DNA of 64,000 nucleotides from Caecitellus pseudoparvulus (Eukaryota; Protista; Bigyra: Bicosoecida): positions 310,001 to 374,000 of the forward strand of contig CBFFRQ010000043.1 in assembly GCA_965644315.1 (NCBI GenBank). Reading direction: 5' to 3'. The notes under the pieces were generated by a model, which was given only the letters and a program-made list of their open reading frames with translations, was not told where the DNA came from and made no database searches. Position numbers and translations under genes: made by a program. Positions within the stretch are counted from its first letter, which is position 1, and every line of letters begins with the position of its first letter. Of the stretch, positions 1 through 10,827 are shown piece after piece.

Positions 1-3000
1 CGGCACTTGGTCTGCCAGCCACTCACGGCGGCTCTGCAGCTTACGGCGATCGAAGCTGAATCCCCGTGCAGAGCGTGCCTGGCTTGCACTGCGAGCAGTG
101 GCAGGGTCTCTACTCGAAGGTCGTACCTGAGGGTCAGCGCTGTCGTGGGACTGGGCTGAGTCTGCAATGGACTGCCCGCGGGACTCGGCAGCCAGTCCAG
201 CGGGCGACAGCATCTTGTGGCCGACAAGGTCCGAATCCACTCGCTGCTCCATCCAACGCGACAGCCGTGACTGTCGCTCAGCAGGGGACAGCGTAATTGG
301 TGAGCCGCCGCTAACGGGGGCCGCAACCTTTTCTTCGGCGACAGTCGCTGCAGAGGCGTCCTCGCTGCTGGCCCCACCTGTCGCTCCTGGACTGTGGCCA
401 GCCATGGAGGACATGCGCCGCACTGTCCCGGCCAGCAAGCGAACCTTACGCTTGAACACGTGCTGCTTGTGGGTGCCCCCCTTCGCTCGCACTGCTTCTG
501 GCAGTGCTTCACCACCCTCTCCTCCTCCCAGCATGCTGAGCCGGCGTACCGCGGCGGCAATCTCAACTGCTGCTGTATCAGACTCCCGCAGAACTCGAGG
601 CCACCGCCTTGCTGCAGAAGCCTTGGCAAGCCCAGTGTCTGCTGACATGGTCACGAGCAAGGAGCCATCGGCCCGATGCAGCTTCACGTGCAGCCCGCCA
701 GCACTGAGGAACAGCAGAGGAGCGCCGGACACTTGCACAGGCTGAATACCTGCCACGCTGTGCACGTGTGGCCTCCACTCTTTCAATGGGGACGTGAGGC
801 ACGTCCCGGCATCCCCTTGCACCCGAGACACATCATACAAGCGCATGAACCCGCCATCATAGCCAACAGCCAGCAGCACTGTACCATCGCCCACTGCAGC
901 GGCTGCCATCGCCGTGATGCTGCGCCGCACGGGCTCCGTAGGCGATCCAGCATCAGGGGCCGCTTGGCCGCTGTACACAGTGATGCCCTCAGACCATTCG
1001 GGGGTCAGAGGGCTCGTGCAGAAGCTTGTGTCGGGCGGTGGCTTCTTGAACTTCTCCATCCGTACGTGCCCATCCGAAGTGACCGTCACCACTGCCTTGC
1101 TCTGTTTCCTGGTCCCAGGTGGCACTGGCTTGGAGCGCAAGCGACCTGATGATACGCTGAGCACGTGGAGGCACCCATTCGCAGTACCTGCCAGCAGAAG
1201 GGGTGCGTGGGGCATGGCCACCAAAGACGTGACCGGGGCAGCTTGCAGGCTTCCTAGGCGCCCTACATCAAGGAGCCGGTGGGTGGCTGTGGGCTTGAAA
1301 GTGTTGGGGTTCCACAGGACCAGCAGTCCGTCAGCGGACCCTGTGCTCACCCAGGGTGCCACAGCCACGGCAGGGGCAACCTGTTGCCTTGGTGAGGCAT
1401 GCACGGTGTCTTCCGTCTGACTCCCCCCTCCCACTGCAATGCACAAGACATCTGCCCTTGAATACGCACCCGTCCCTGCAGCTGCTGCTGCTGCGTCAAC
1501 GATCGCAATACCAGCTTTCTGCTTGTAAGCTGGCGAAGGGGTTGTGTCTGCGTGGTGCGTTGCCTCGTCTTGCGCTGGCAGCACAAGCACCTCTGGGCTG
1601 GACATGTCCGACCCGAGGGTGGAGTCACGCCCGTCTACAGCAGCGGCTGCAGGTGAATGTGGACTGGCAGCCATAGCATCATCGACGAACCCCGATACAC
1701 CTTTGCGAGGGACTGGCACACGGGTCACACGAGGGCCACCAACAGAGGTGCCCAGCGTGCCTGAAGTACTGGTGGCTTTCTGGGCTCTAGCTTGAATGCT
1801 TGTGCCTGGGGCAATGATGCTGTTTGTTGCTATTTGCTCTGCTAGCTTGCTCTCCCGAGAACGCCCTTGCTTGAGCAGATCCCCGCTTCCGGTGGCCTCA
1901 TCCTCCACGTCTCCTGGTACGTCCCCACGGGCACGCCCCACACGCCTGGCTCGCTCGTGTTCCGAAAGGGTGAGCAGCAAGCTGGTTCTCGTGCGTTGGC
2001 TCACTGACGCGGCTGCTTGCAGTGCCTCGGTGTTGCTTCGACGGCTGATGTGGCTGAGCGCTTTGCTCTGGCTCATGGAAACGACGTCAGAGCCGGCGGT
2101 CGCGCCGGCTCGAGGGCTCCCAGCAGTTGCCCCGCCGCTCGAGCCGGGGCCTGCCCCGCTGCCGTTGAAGTATGACAGCATCAGCTTAGCATCCTTGCTC
2201 ATGCTTGTGGCGGTGTGGTGCCCAGGCTTCGTCAAGGCTCCAAGCATGGCGTCTGCCTGCTCCTCGTCTTCCCCCCGGGCACCGTCCCGCGCTGGTTGGG
2301 GCTTGCGAAGGCTCATCTTTAATTGGGCAGAATCTGGCCTCATCGTGCTCGCACCCTCGACACCGGCTGTCGCCGCCATGGCCAAGACGTCGTCGACTGT
2401 AGACAGGAGCCCGCCCTGTTCACCAGGCAGACGTGCCATGGTTGCCGCAGTTATGGCATCAATGGAAGCGTCTTCGTCCACATCTTGTGTTCGGTACCGG
2501 AGATACTTATTGACCTTCCTACGACTGCCACGGGGCCGACGAGCAGGTGCCTTAGATTCGCCTTCGTCGCTCGACACGTCCTCGTTCAACTCGCCGTCAT
2601 CTTCCCACCACAGCAGGGTGCCATCCCACGCACCAGCAACGATGGGGCTGTTCACCTGCCCAGAGGCATGGAAAGCCACACAACTCAGCTCATGGCCGTG
2701 CGGGACGAGGGATCGAACAAGGGCGCCATTCGTCACATTCCACAGCCGCACTGTGCCAGTGATGCTGGAGGTGACGAGGCGACGCCCGGCACCGTCAAGG
2801 CTGGCAGCCGAAAGGTCACCCAGCCCCCCAGAGCCGCTGGCTTCCTGTTTGCTGACCAGCTTTGTGCTATCTTTCGAGACTCGGCCATGGTGAGCGCGAA
2901 ACGTGAGCAATACTGCTCCCGTGCGAATGTCCCATACAACCACCCTGCCATTGCTCTTCACGCCGACCACGCGCTCGAACTCGGCTGCAAACAGAACCGC

Positions 3001-6000
3001 CATCCAGGTGTCATCGGCATCATACCCAGCGACAAGCTTCGAAGCTGCTTCATCCTCTTCAGCTTTAACATTCGCAAGCAGCTTGGCCCCCGTTGCTGTC
3101 TCATCTCCCCCAGCAGCTGACGAGCTGCGGGCGGACCCAGGGCCTCCCATCGTGTCTGCCAAAGCTGGACCAAGGGCGGTCTCTTGCACACCCGACACCA
3201 CTGGCATGGTAACTGTCTCCGCGCTCGCACCCGCCGCGGGCGCATGTGACGCTAACGCACCCAGCTGAATCATGGAGCGGGAATTGCTTGCATGCATAGC
3301 TGGTCCCGCCACCTTTAGCTGCCCTTCAGTGAAAGTCTCTTGTCCTCCTGCACCTGCATCCCCGTCTCCTGCCAGCACACCATAGTACCTCGCAGCGGCC
3401 ACAGCTGCGGGTGTTTCATTGCCGTCCACCTCGGTGATGCTCCATGCCCTTGCGTGAGAGCCATACACGACAACGGACATGCGCAGAATGTCCACAAACA
3501 CCCCAGCCCCAAAATATCCTCCACCGGTACCCGGATCGTAGGCACTTCGGAGAACGTGGCTTCCGGGAGCATTCTTTGAGTCTTTTCCCCCCGCCGTTGC
3601 CGCAGCAATCTTGGCCACAGCAGATGTACCAATGTTAACATCACCCCCACGAGCGCGGGTAATTCCAGCCGTTGCTGCAGTGGAGGAGTCGGCAAGGAGG
3701 GTGTCTCCCAGGAAGGTGCTGTTGCCAGTGATGTCGCCTCCCATGATGTCACCAAGCGTGGTGCCTAGTGCCATGTCTTGCACAGCGCTCAGCGCTGCCT
3801 GGGCTTGAGACTGAAGGCCCATGTGGGGGCGCCCAACAGCATCAGATTCAGATTGCAGGCACCGAAGAGTGCGGGGGTCCCACACTTGCACACGGCCGCC
3901 CGCGGTGAGAGTGATCACTTGCCGGTGTGCATCGTTGACGGCAACAGACACGACCGTATCAGCGGGTGACACGGAGTGGGGCACAGACCCGATTTCGGCA
4001 GCCGGGCCACTCTCAAGCAAATCAGGATCCCACACCAGCACGCGTCTGTCATGACCAACGCTGATAATGCAGCGCTCAGTGTCACACCAAACCATCTGCC
4101 GAATCCCAATAGACAGACATCGGTCCTTGGGAGCCTTCACTCGCGCAGCCTTTTTCTTGCTTGCTCGATTCGACCGCTTGCCATCCCAATCGCACACGGT
4201 CGCGGCCACCACGTCGATGACGCACAGAGGCCCACCCATGCCTGCTGCTATGAGCCCAACACCTGGAGCATGCAGGAGGCACGTCACGCAGTCCACCTTC
4301 GTTCGAATCAAGGCCACCCGGACAAACGTCTTGGTGGTGTACAGCCCAACATACCCGGCACTGTCCCCAACTGCGTAAAGTGTGCCGGTGGGCACCCCAC
4401 TTTGGACTACGCGGCTGCCCACACTGCGTCGGCCACGGCTGCTTGCCCCGCGCTGCAGGTTGACACGGTTTCTACGTTGATCTGTGGAAGAGTCTGCGCC
4501 ATCTTCAGCGGTGAAGCTCGCTCCCCCCCTGCTGCCACTGCGCTGGCCCAGGTCGGCTCCCTCTGAGACCCCAGTGTCGCCACCATCTGGCTCTGCAATG
4601 TATGGCACCCCCTCAATAACGCACATGCACTGAGGGATGCCAGGTCCAACACCAAACGATGCAGAGCACGCGAGAGTAGCAACACCAGGCTCAGGAAGGC
4701 CGACACTTGACATGTGCACTGCACCGTTTGTGGCAGAGGCGCCCGTTGTGGCTGAAGCTCCTCCGCTCCCAGCATCACCAGCCAGGACCACGTTGGTGCT
4801 AGTTCCTTGGCTAAGCTCGGTGCCGACCCCAATGAACCCGGATTTCAGCTTGTCTCCTCTTGACCGCCCAGCGGCCATCATGGCCATGGCGGTCTGAGAC
4901 AGGGCGCCATCCCCGCCACGACCACCCCGCTGTGCTGCAGCACTTGCTGCTGCGGCTGCCTCCTTCTGAATGGCATTTGTGATGGCCAGCGCGGAAGCTG
5001 ACATGCCACTGACACCCGTGTAACTATCCCCCCCCCCGGCTTGGGCCGATGCCATGAGGCCACCAGTGACGTACATCGCGCCGGCTGCGGAGATGGCGGT
5101 CTCACGCCCTCCGTCCAGCATGGAGCTGGCGCTCATGTGTGCGTTGCTGATGATGGCCCCTGCTTTGTGGGAGCGCGCGTGAGTAGCATCTGCAGCAGCT
5201 GCACTCTTGAGGTGCATGGAACTGACTCTTGCTGCTTCGTCGGCTCCTTGGGCAGATTGGCCGCCCAGTGTCACCACGCCCACCGGGTTCGCTTGCGGAT
5301 TGGCTTCTTGCAAGGCGAGCGCTGCAGCATTGGCAGCGCTTGCTGCATCCAGCAGGGCCACCTGCTGCTTCCTCCGTGCCGCCCGCCGTCGAAGCCGGGC
5401 TCCCATGTAGGGGTTGCTGCGGTAAAGGCCAGATGGAACTGTGCCGATGGCAGCATTGGCTGTTCCTGGCAATGGGATCAAGCTGCGGGCAGGATCATCA
5501 GCTCCCATGACTCGGGCTCTGTGGGCAATGTCAGCTTTTTGCGTGCCCCCAAACACGACCGACACCAGGGCTTCAGTACGCTCCAATGATGCGAGCGGCT
5601 CAACCATGGCAGCGGCGTGGCGCAGACGCGAAGTAGGAGTGGTCAAAAACACCTCTGCATCGCCAGATAACAGGGAAGTCAGCATGGCATCGTCCACTTT
5701 CACTCCACTGGCAGTGCTTGATATGGCAGAAGCCACAGTCGCTGCCCGCGCAGCAGCTGCTGCAGAGACGTCTGCGTCTGTGGCGTCTTTCCCCGTGCCT
5801 GCTCGCACGGCAGCACGCTCCAGCACGGCCTCCATTCCAGGTATAGAGGCCAGGGAGCTTGCTCGAACGTCAACATTTCCAGCCCCCAGGCCCGCCCTAA
5901 CCTTGGCCTTGAGGCTGCGTTTCTTGGAGGCAGCGTGACGGCGGCGGCGAACTACTTCCTTGAGAGGCAGGGGCCCATCCGCTCGGTACTTGCTGAGGTC

Positions 6001-9000
6001 AAAAACCCGCACGTGACGATCAGCACAAGCCACCAGCAGCACACGACGGGGACCATTGCCGTCAAAGGCGATGGCCGTGATGGGAGGGGTCATGCTGGAC
6101 AGGACAGCTTCTGTTGCAGCTGAGAAGTGTGCCTGCCCAGCACCTCTGCTGGCAGACCCCGGCTCCTCCTCCGATGCAAGCCTCGCTTGCTTCCCCATTC
6201 CTGCACCGCCTTTGCGCTTGCGCCGTCGACCTGCAGTCGTGTGTGGCCTTGGGGGGAGACCGGTGTTTGGTGCAGTGTTGGACATGAAAGCCAGCATGTC
6301 CTTTGTTTGCCCTCGTGGGTCTGAAGCGTACCTGGCTTGTGCCACGATCCGACTCGCCGCCTCCACTGTGACTGGGTTGGCAAATGCCTCCGAAGCAGTA
6401 AATCCAAGCGGGGAAGCATGAACATCGCCGCTGGTGTGGGCAGGGTGGTAGTACGTGTTGTAAAGGTGTGCTGGCACGGTCGCACGCAAGGACGCCAGCG
6501 TGCCGGCATCCGCAGTTCCCGGACGAATAGGACCCTGTAGCCGCTGGCGGCCGCCGGAAGTCGCCAAGGCATCTCTCAAGTACTGTCCCGACATCGAAGA
6601 GCGTCGATACCGCCCACGAGTATCCAGTGAGCCCGCGTCAATGACAACTCCCATGACTGCCCGTTGTGCCCGCAAGTCTGACCGGAACCGGTCTTGGGCA
6701 TCCATAACATCTCGCTTAGTTGCCCCGCTCCTACTCAATGTCTGGCTAGCAACTCCTTCTGCTTGCTGCACAGGGCGGATTTGCCCTGTAGCGTCATCGA
6801 CATGGACGAGCAGGCCAGAAATGTGGGGAGCCTCCGTCAGAGGCAAGCAGTACGCAGGCGGCATAGGACACGTGGACGAGCGGGCATCCAAGAAGAGTGA
6901 CAGTGAAAACGTGTCGTCCCAAACCTGCAGTTGGTTGTCTGAGAACAGCATCGCATACCCTTGCATCTCGGGCATGTGCAGCATGGTGGAACTGCCGCCG
7001 TTGTCAACTCTCACACACCGATTCGCATCCCGTACGCTGGGTTGCTGCAGCAGGTAGCAGTCTTGGCTTAGTCTGTGTGAGAGAGCAGAGTCAGCCTCAG
7101 CCAGCAAGAAAGAAATGTACTCATCAAACGACAAGGTGCCATCAGAATTGGAGTCCATGTGATCGAAGACAGCCCCGAGTGACACTTCGTTCATCTCCGT
7201 GAGCTGCCTGACAATGCCTACAAACTCAAACTTCCGAATTCCCTGTCCTCGACTGCTGCTCTCGCGTGCAGTCCCTGTTTCTATTGTTACCTCGCCGCCA
7301 GCTGCCGTTTTGGACGTGCGAGACCCGCCCCGCGCAAGGAGGCATGGAACCAACACTCCAGCGGGCACCGCACAGGCCAAGGCAGATGCTGACTGCGCGC
7401 CTCCTGGTGTCAGGACTGGAGAAGCCGCAGAGGGGGTGCACAATGATGAACTGCGATGCCTTGCAGAGCCTCTGGCCGCGGGAGTTGCAGGGCGCGATGT
7501 GAAGCTGGCGCTGCCGTCAAGCCCCATTCCGTGGAGTAGCTCAGACCCACCCCGCACCTTGAAAGGGGTGCCTCCCCGGGCTTGGTCTGCTGGAGTAGAG
7601 AGCACACGGGGAATGCCCCCCGCTACATCTTGCTGAAGAACAGCATCAAACATGCGCTGGGAGGCGTCGGCCATGACTCGCCAGTCTGCATGTCGGCGCT
7701 TTTCGAGCACTTCAGTCACGTGGCGAAACAGGGGCTCTAGCACGGGTAGGTGGCGGGAAACCTCCGTCGATTTGGTGGCTTCGCAAGCCAGGGCCAAGAG
7801 GCGCAAAGGGGGACTGGGGAGGCTTGCGAGGGCATCTCCAGCTCGAACACCGATTCGGGACAGCAGCCGCGCCCCACGCGACGCGGCTGGCTCTGCGTCA
7901 ACCTCGAAGCGCCACCGCAGCGTAAGGGAGTACGCTGGTACGCCAGAAAATGGCTGCTTGACGATGGGGCCAATTGTGGAGTCCTTCAGCCAATTTTGTC
8001 CTGCCTGGGGTACGCCTCTGGGTGTCATAGGGGACGGACTGGGCCTGCTGCTCTCTGCTTCTACATGGCCCAAAGCAGAGGAAGGGGGGCGGCCTGCTGA
8101 CGCCCGAATCGTCGCTGCCGCAACAGCTGCCTGGAGGCTGTTGCCCACGGCTGCTGCCCTCTCCTGGACAGCTTCGCGCACAAGTGCAGGTGGGAAGGAA
8201 GCAACCACTAGCGCATCTGGCTCTTGGGCGCGCTTCCGAAGTTGGCCATTCCAGCTGGAACGTAGGAAGGCTACCGTGCCTGGGGCGAGGTCAGCAATGC
8301 ACGGGTGCAGTTGAAGGGTGCAGAGGGCAAACGAAGGTTTTCCAGCCATGGTGGAGGGACCCGGAGTGACCTCTTTGGATCCCTCGCGAAACGAAACCCC
8401 ACCTTGGGCGGGTGCTGCTGCAGGCGAGAGACTTGTCTGTACATCCCTTGAAAATGAGCGATCACGAGGTGTGCTAGAAATAGATGCACTTCGCTTTTGT
8501 GAGCTTGAGGAAGGGGGCAGAATGGACAACAGGCCACGACGCATGTACAAGGAAAACACCATCCCAAGCAGCAAGGCGTCCAGCGATCCCACTTGCACCC
8601 GGGGCCGGTTGAGGCTGGAGCCTGCTGAGGGAGGCACCGAGGTATTTTGAACAGTGGTTGCCAGGCCCGGGTGCTGCAGCTGTAGAGGCTTGCCTTCCAG
8701 GACAGCGTTGACAATGTCAGCTGGAATCTGGCTGCCTGCCAAGTTGGCTGGAAAATGAAATACTGACCCTTCAAAGACAGCTTGCTGGGGGGGAGGGGAG
8801 ATGTGCACGGGCAGGGACGGGTGCACCTGCAGGGCAGTCCACGACTCATTCCAGTGTGGGAGTGCCGCATCGATGGAAGAAACCGGCCGCAAAAGCAAGG
8901 AACGCTGCAGCGCCAAAGAAGCTGGCTCTTCTGAAGTCGCTGGAGCTCGCAAGTTCGCCAAAACTTCACCGTACTGTTCATGTGCCTTTCGAACTGTGCG

Positions 9001-10404
9001 AGAGGGGTCATGAAACACATTTCCATGGTGAGCCAGCGCTGAAACACCCCCCCCCAGCAGCCTTCCAATGGGGAACACTGTGGAAGCGACCAGGCGCAAG
9101 GACACATCCTCAACAGTCGACGACACAGCTTGAGTTGACGAGGCAGTGTCCTCCACTTGGAAGACTGACAAGTTCACCACCGTGTCTGGCGAGGCTGCAA
9201 AGATCGGAACGACAACAGGCCAGCGCCAAGACGGGGTGCGGGTGCCATGGTACACCGAAGAGATCCATGTATCACTCGTCTTCCCTGAGGGCAAGCAGGT
9301 GTGCACGACGTGCCCTCCGTTCGGCAGAGCTTCAACATGCTGCGCGGTGGAAGGAGCACCGCTTGCACTAGATCTTCGCCGAAGAAGGCACGTCTCCAAG
9401 GCAGATCGATGTAGGGAAACATACGCGGGTCCGGGCAACACGGTGCGGTGATGGGGGAGAGGAGAGAGCGCCTCCCTGGGGGGCAGCGGCTCTGAGGCGT
9501 CGCTTGTCGCTGCAGCACCAGAAACAACTTCTGTATCAGAAAATGGCCTAGTTTGCGGTTCCCAAAAGCGCTTGGAAGCTTGGCGCAAAGCTGGACTTCC
9601 GTCATCAGCTGCAGCGAAGGGACCCAGTGTTGCAGCAATCTGGCACCTCGTAGCATGCTCAAAAGTCGCTTGAGAGGCAACACTGGCAGCAATGAACGGA
9701 TCAGCACTGCCGTCCTCTGATAGAGCTTCTGGTACATCTCTAGAGCTGCACATGAAGCCATCCGCGTCGAACAAAGACGGAAGAGCGAAGCCAGCAGTGG
9801 TGCCGAGGCTCAGTGCGACGACAACGTCGATGCTTGGCTGAGCGAAGGCAGTGCTGGCATCAGCAGGGCCCGCATCAGAGAAGCCAGCCTCCGTTTCTAA
9901 CTGCTTCAAGCCCTTCAGCCCTTTGTATCCCCGCAGTCGACGGTCAGAGGCAAGTGTGCGCTGCAAGCCTGCGACAAGGTCGTTTAGGTCTGCCGCCACA
10001 ACTTCCAAGTGCAAATTGCCTTGGCTCAAGGATGGGTCAGCTGCTGCTGGCTGTGGGCGCTTTGGTGGTTGTGTGGCAGTTTTGGAGTCTGCGAGTACAG
10101 TGCGTGGGCGAGGGTGTTTAAGCCCAAGTGACGTATACCAGCCAGAAGAATACACACCGTCCTCGTTTGTCGAAGCAATGCGCTCCGAGGCTTTCTTCTG
10201 GGAGCTCAAGAAACCTGCCAAGCGAGGAACAGGCGTGACACCAACTCCGTCAACGATGCGCCTTGCATGCTGAACCATTTCGTCTGCAGCCTCGAACACG
10301 TTGATATCAGCACGCTTGCGCCTTCGAGCCCGAGCACCACCAGTGCCCCCGCGAGCTGGGCGTCGGGGGGGGGCAGCTGACCCCTCACGCAGTGATTGCT
10401 TCAT
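1..10404 (-). CDS. Giant EF-hand + WD40-repeat protein (WDR49/WDR64/WDY-like architecture), 3'-partial; runs off the left edge
   Basis: ATG at 10404 (MKQSLREGSAAPPRRP...). Every segment I translated by hand is open, down to position 1 (...FSFDRRKLQSRREWLADQVP). No tracked minus-strand ORF in 1-10.4 kb uses this frame, consistent with one ORF lacking a stop in the window. EF-hand loop VFDHMDSNSDGTLSFDEYISFL at ~7170-7110. WD40-like segments: LLVACADRHVRVFDL (~6030), ITLTAGGRVQVWDP (~3900), LVTSSITGTVRLWNV (~2760), VAGAWDGTLLWWE (~2620), LAVGYDGGFMRLYDV (~850). Confidence 0.85.
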   Translation of the reverse strand, partial: MKQSLREGSAAPPRRPARGGTGGARARRRKRADINVFEAADEMVQHARRIVDGVGVTPVPRLAGFLSSQKKASERIASTNEDGVYSSGWYTSLGLKHPRPRTVLADSKTATQPPKRPQPAAADPSLSQGNLHLEVVAADLNDLVAGLQRTLASDRRLRGYKGLKGLKQLETEAGFSDAGPADASTAFAQPSIDVVVALSLGTTAGFALPSLFDADGFMCSSRDVPEALSEDGSADPFIAASVASQATFEHATRCQIAATLGPFAAADDGSPALRQASKRFWEPQTRPFSDTEVVSGAAATSDASEPLPPREALSPLPHHRTVLPGPAYVSLHRSALETCLLRRRSSASGAPSTAQHVEALPNGGHVVHTCLPSGKTSDTWISSVYHGTRTPSWRWPVVVPIFAASPDTVVNLSVFQVEDTASSTQAVSSTVEDVSLRLVASTVFPIGRLLGGGVSALAHHGNVFHDPSRTVRKAHEQYGEVLANLRAPATSEEPASLALQRSLLLRPVSSIDAALPHWNESWTALQVHPSLPVHISPPPQQAVFEGSVFHFPANLAGSQIPADIVNAVLEGKPLQLQHPGLATTVQNTSVPPSAGSSLNRPRVQVGSLDALLLGMVFSLYMRRGLLSILPPSSSSQKRSASISSTPRDRSFSRDVQTSLSPAAAPAQGGVSFREGSKEVTPGPSTMAGKPSFALCTLQLHPCIADLAPGTVAFLRSSWNGQLRKRAQEPDALVVASFPPALVREAVQERAAAVGNSLQAAVAAATIRASAGRPPSSALGHVEAESSRPSPSPMTPRGVPQAGQNWLKDSTIGPIVKQPFSGVPAYSLTLRWRFEVDAEPAASRGARLLSRIGVRAGDALASLPSPPLRLLALACEATKSTEVSRHLPVLEPLFRHVTEVLEKRRHADWRVMADASQRMFDAVLQQDVAGGIPRVLSTPADQARGGTPFKVRGGSELLHGMGLDGSASFTSRPATPAARGSARHRSSSLCTPSAASPVLTPGGAQSASALACAVPAGVLVPCLLARGGSRTSKTAAGGEVTIETGTARESSSRGQGIRKFEFVGIVRQLTEMNEVSLGAVFDHMDSNSDGTLSFDEYISFLLAEADSALSHRLSQDCYLLQQPSVRDANRCVRVDNGGSSTMLHMPEMQGYAMLFSDNQLQVWDDTFSLSLFLDARSSTCPMPPAYCLPLTEAPHISGLLVHVDDATGQIRPVQQAEGVASQTLSRSGATKRDVMDAQDRFRSDLRAQRAVMGVVIDAGSLDTRGRYRRSSMSGQYLRDALATSGGRQRLQGPIRPGTADAGTLASLRATVPAHLYNTYYHPAHTSGDVHASPLGFTASEAFANPVTVEAASRIVAQARYASDPRGQTKDMLAFMSNTAPNTGLPPRPHTTAGRRRKRKGGAGMGKQARLASEEEPGSASRGAGQAHFSAATEAVLSSMTPPITAIAFDGNGPRRVLLVACADRHVRVFDLSKYRADGPLPLKEVVRRRRHAASKKRSLKAKVRAGLGAGNVDVRASSLASIPGMEAVLERAAVRAGTGKDATDADVSAAAAARAATVASAISSTASGVKVDDAMLTSLLSGDAEVFLTTPTSRLRHAAAMVEPLASLERTEALVSVVFGGTQKADIAHRARVMGADDPARSLIPLPGTANAAIGTVPSGLYRSNPYMGARLRRRAARRKQQVALLDAASAANAAALALQEANPQANPVGVVTLGGQSAQGADEAARVSSMHLKSAAAADATHARSHKAGAIISNAHMSASSMLDGGRETAISAAGAMYVTGGLMASAQAGGGDSYTGVSGMSASALAITNAIQKEAAAAASAAAQRGGRGGDGALSQTAMAMMAAGRSRGDKLKSGFIGVGTELSQGTSTNVVLAGDAGSGGASATTGASATNGAVHMSSVGLPEPGVATLACSASFGVGPGIPQCMCVIEGVPYIAEPDGGDTGVSEGADLGQRSGSRGGASFTAEDGADSSTDQRRNRVNLQRGASSRGRRSVGSRVVQSGVPTGTLYAVGDSAGYVGLYTTKTFVRVALIRTKVDCVTCLLHAPGVGLIAAGMGGPLCVIDVVAATVCDWDGKRSNRASKKKAARVKAPKDRCLSIGIRQMVWCDTERCIISVGHDRRVLVWDPDLLESGPAAEIGSVPHSVSPADTVVSVAVNDAHRQVITLTAGGRVQVWDPRTLRCLQSESDAVGRPHMGLQSQAQAALSAVQDMALGTTLGDIMGGDITGNSTFLGDTLLADSSTAATAGITRARGGDVNIGTSAVAKIAAATAGGKDSKNAPGSHVLRSAYDPGTGGGYFGAGVFVDILRMSVVVYGSHARAWSITEVDGNETPAAVAAARYYGVLAGDGDAGAGGQETFTEGQLKVAGPAMHASNSRSMIQLGALASHAPAAGASAETVTMPVVSGVQETALGPALADTMGGPGSARSSSAAGGDETATGAKLLANVKAEEDEAASKLVAGYDADDTWMAVLFAAEFERVVGVKSNGRVVVWDIRTGAVLLTFRAHHGRVSKDSTKLVSKQEASGSGGLGDLSAASLDGAGRRLVTSSITGTVRLWNVTNGALVRSLVPHGHELSCVAFHASGQVNSPIVAGAWDGTLLWWEDDGELNEDVSSDEGESKAPARRPRGSRRKVNKYLRYRTQDVDEDASIDAITAATMARLPGEQGGLLSTVDDVLAMAATAGVEGASTMRPDSAQLKMSLRKPQPARDGARGEDEEQADAMLGALTKPGHHTATSMSKDAKLMLSYFNGSGAGPGSSGGATAGSPRAGATAGSDVVSMSQSKALSHISRRSNTEALQAAASVSQRTRTSLLLTLSEHERARRVGRARGDVPGDVEDEATGSGDLLKQGRSRESKLAEQIATNSIIAPGTSIQARAQKATSTSGTLGTSVGGPRVTRVPVPRKGVSGFVDDAMAASPHSPAAAAVDGRDSTLGSDMSSPEVLVLPAQDEATHHADTTPSPAYKQKAGIAIVDAAAAAAGTGAYSRADVLCIAVGGGSQTEDTVHASPRQQVAPAVAVAPWVSTGSADGLLVLWNPNTFKPTATHRLLDVGRLGSLQAAPVTSLVAMPHAPLLLAGTANGCLHVLSVSSGRLRSKPVPPGTRKQSKAVVTVTSDGHVRMEKFKKPPPDTSFCTSPLTPEWSEGITVYSGQAAPDAGSPTEPVRRSITAMAAAAVGDGTVLLAVGYDGGFMRLYDVSRVQGDAGTCLTSPLKEWRPHVHSVAGIQPVQVSGAPLLFLSAGGLHVKLHRADGSLLVTMSADTGLAKASAARRWPRVLRESDTAAVEIAAAVRRLSMLGGGEGGEALPEAVRAKGGTHKQHVFKRKVRLLAGTVRRMSSMAGHSPGATGGASSEDASAATVAEEKVAAPVSGGSPITLSPAERQSRLSRWMEQRVDSDLVGHKMLSPAGLAAESRGQSIADSAQSHDSADPQVRPSSRDPATARSASQARSARGFSFDRRKLQSRREWLADQVP

Positions 10405-10827
10405 GAATAGAGGACTTGTATGGAATAAATACTGAGGCCTGCTCCCCCCGGCTTCAGAGGTGCAGCTCAACAACAGGGAGCCGGGTGCTTGTGCAAGCGT
10501 TTCTCCTAACGCCGTCGCGCTGCGACGCTCGGCTCCGAATCTCAGGGGGCTGCGGCTGCAGCCCAAGCACTGATCGGACGCAAAGAAACGACGAATGTGT
10601 GCGACACAGTGTCCAATCTTTCGAGGACTGTCAAGATTTTGTGGGGTACTAAGATTTGTCATCCCACGCAGTGTAGCAAGATGTGGCGAGGGCCCAGATT
10701 GGCCACCCCGCAGCCAAAAAGTTGCTGTGCATTCGAAATGACACAAATTGACATTACCATCTCTTGCGCATGCTGACTTGCAGCGAGAGGCGCACAAGAC
10801 GGGCGATACACAATTCTGCTCGGCTGC

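Noticed and set aside
66-10273. Numerous plus-strand ORFs (up to 365 aa); likewise plus-strand ORFs over the dynein, CPT1 and ATPase genes
   Set aside because: Antisense shadows of long GC-rich minus-strand genes, with no domain-like content.
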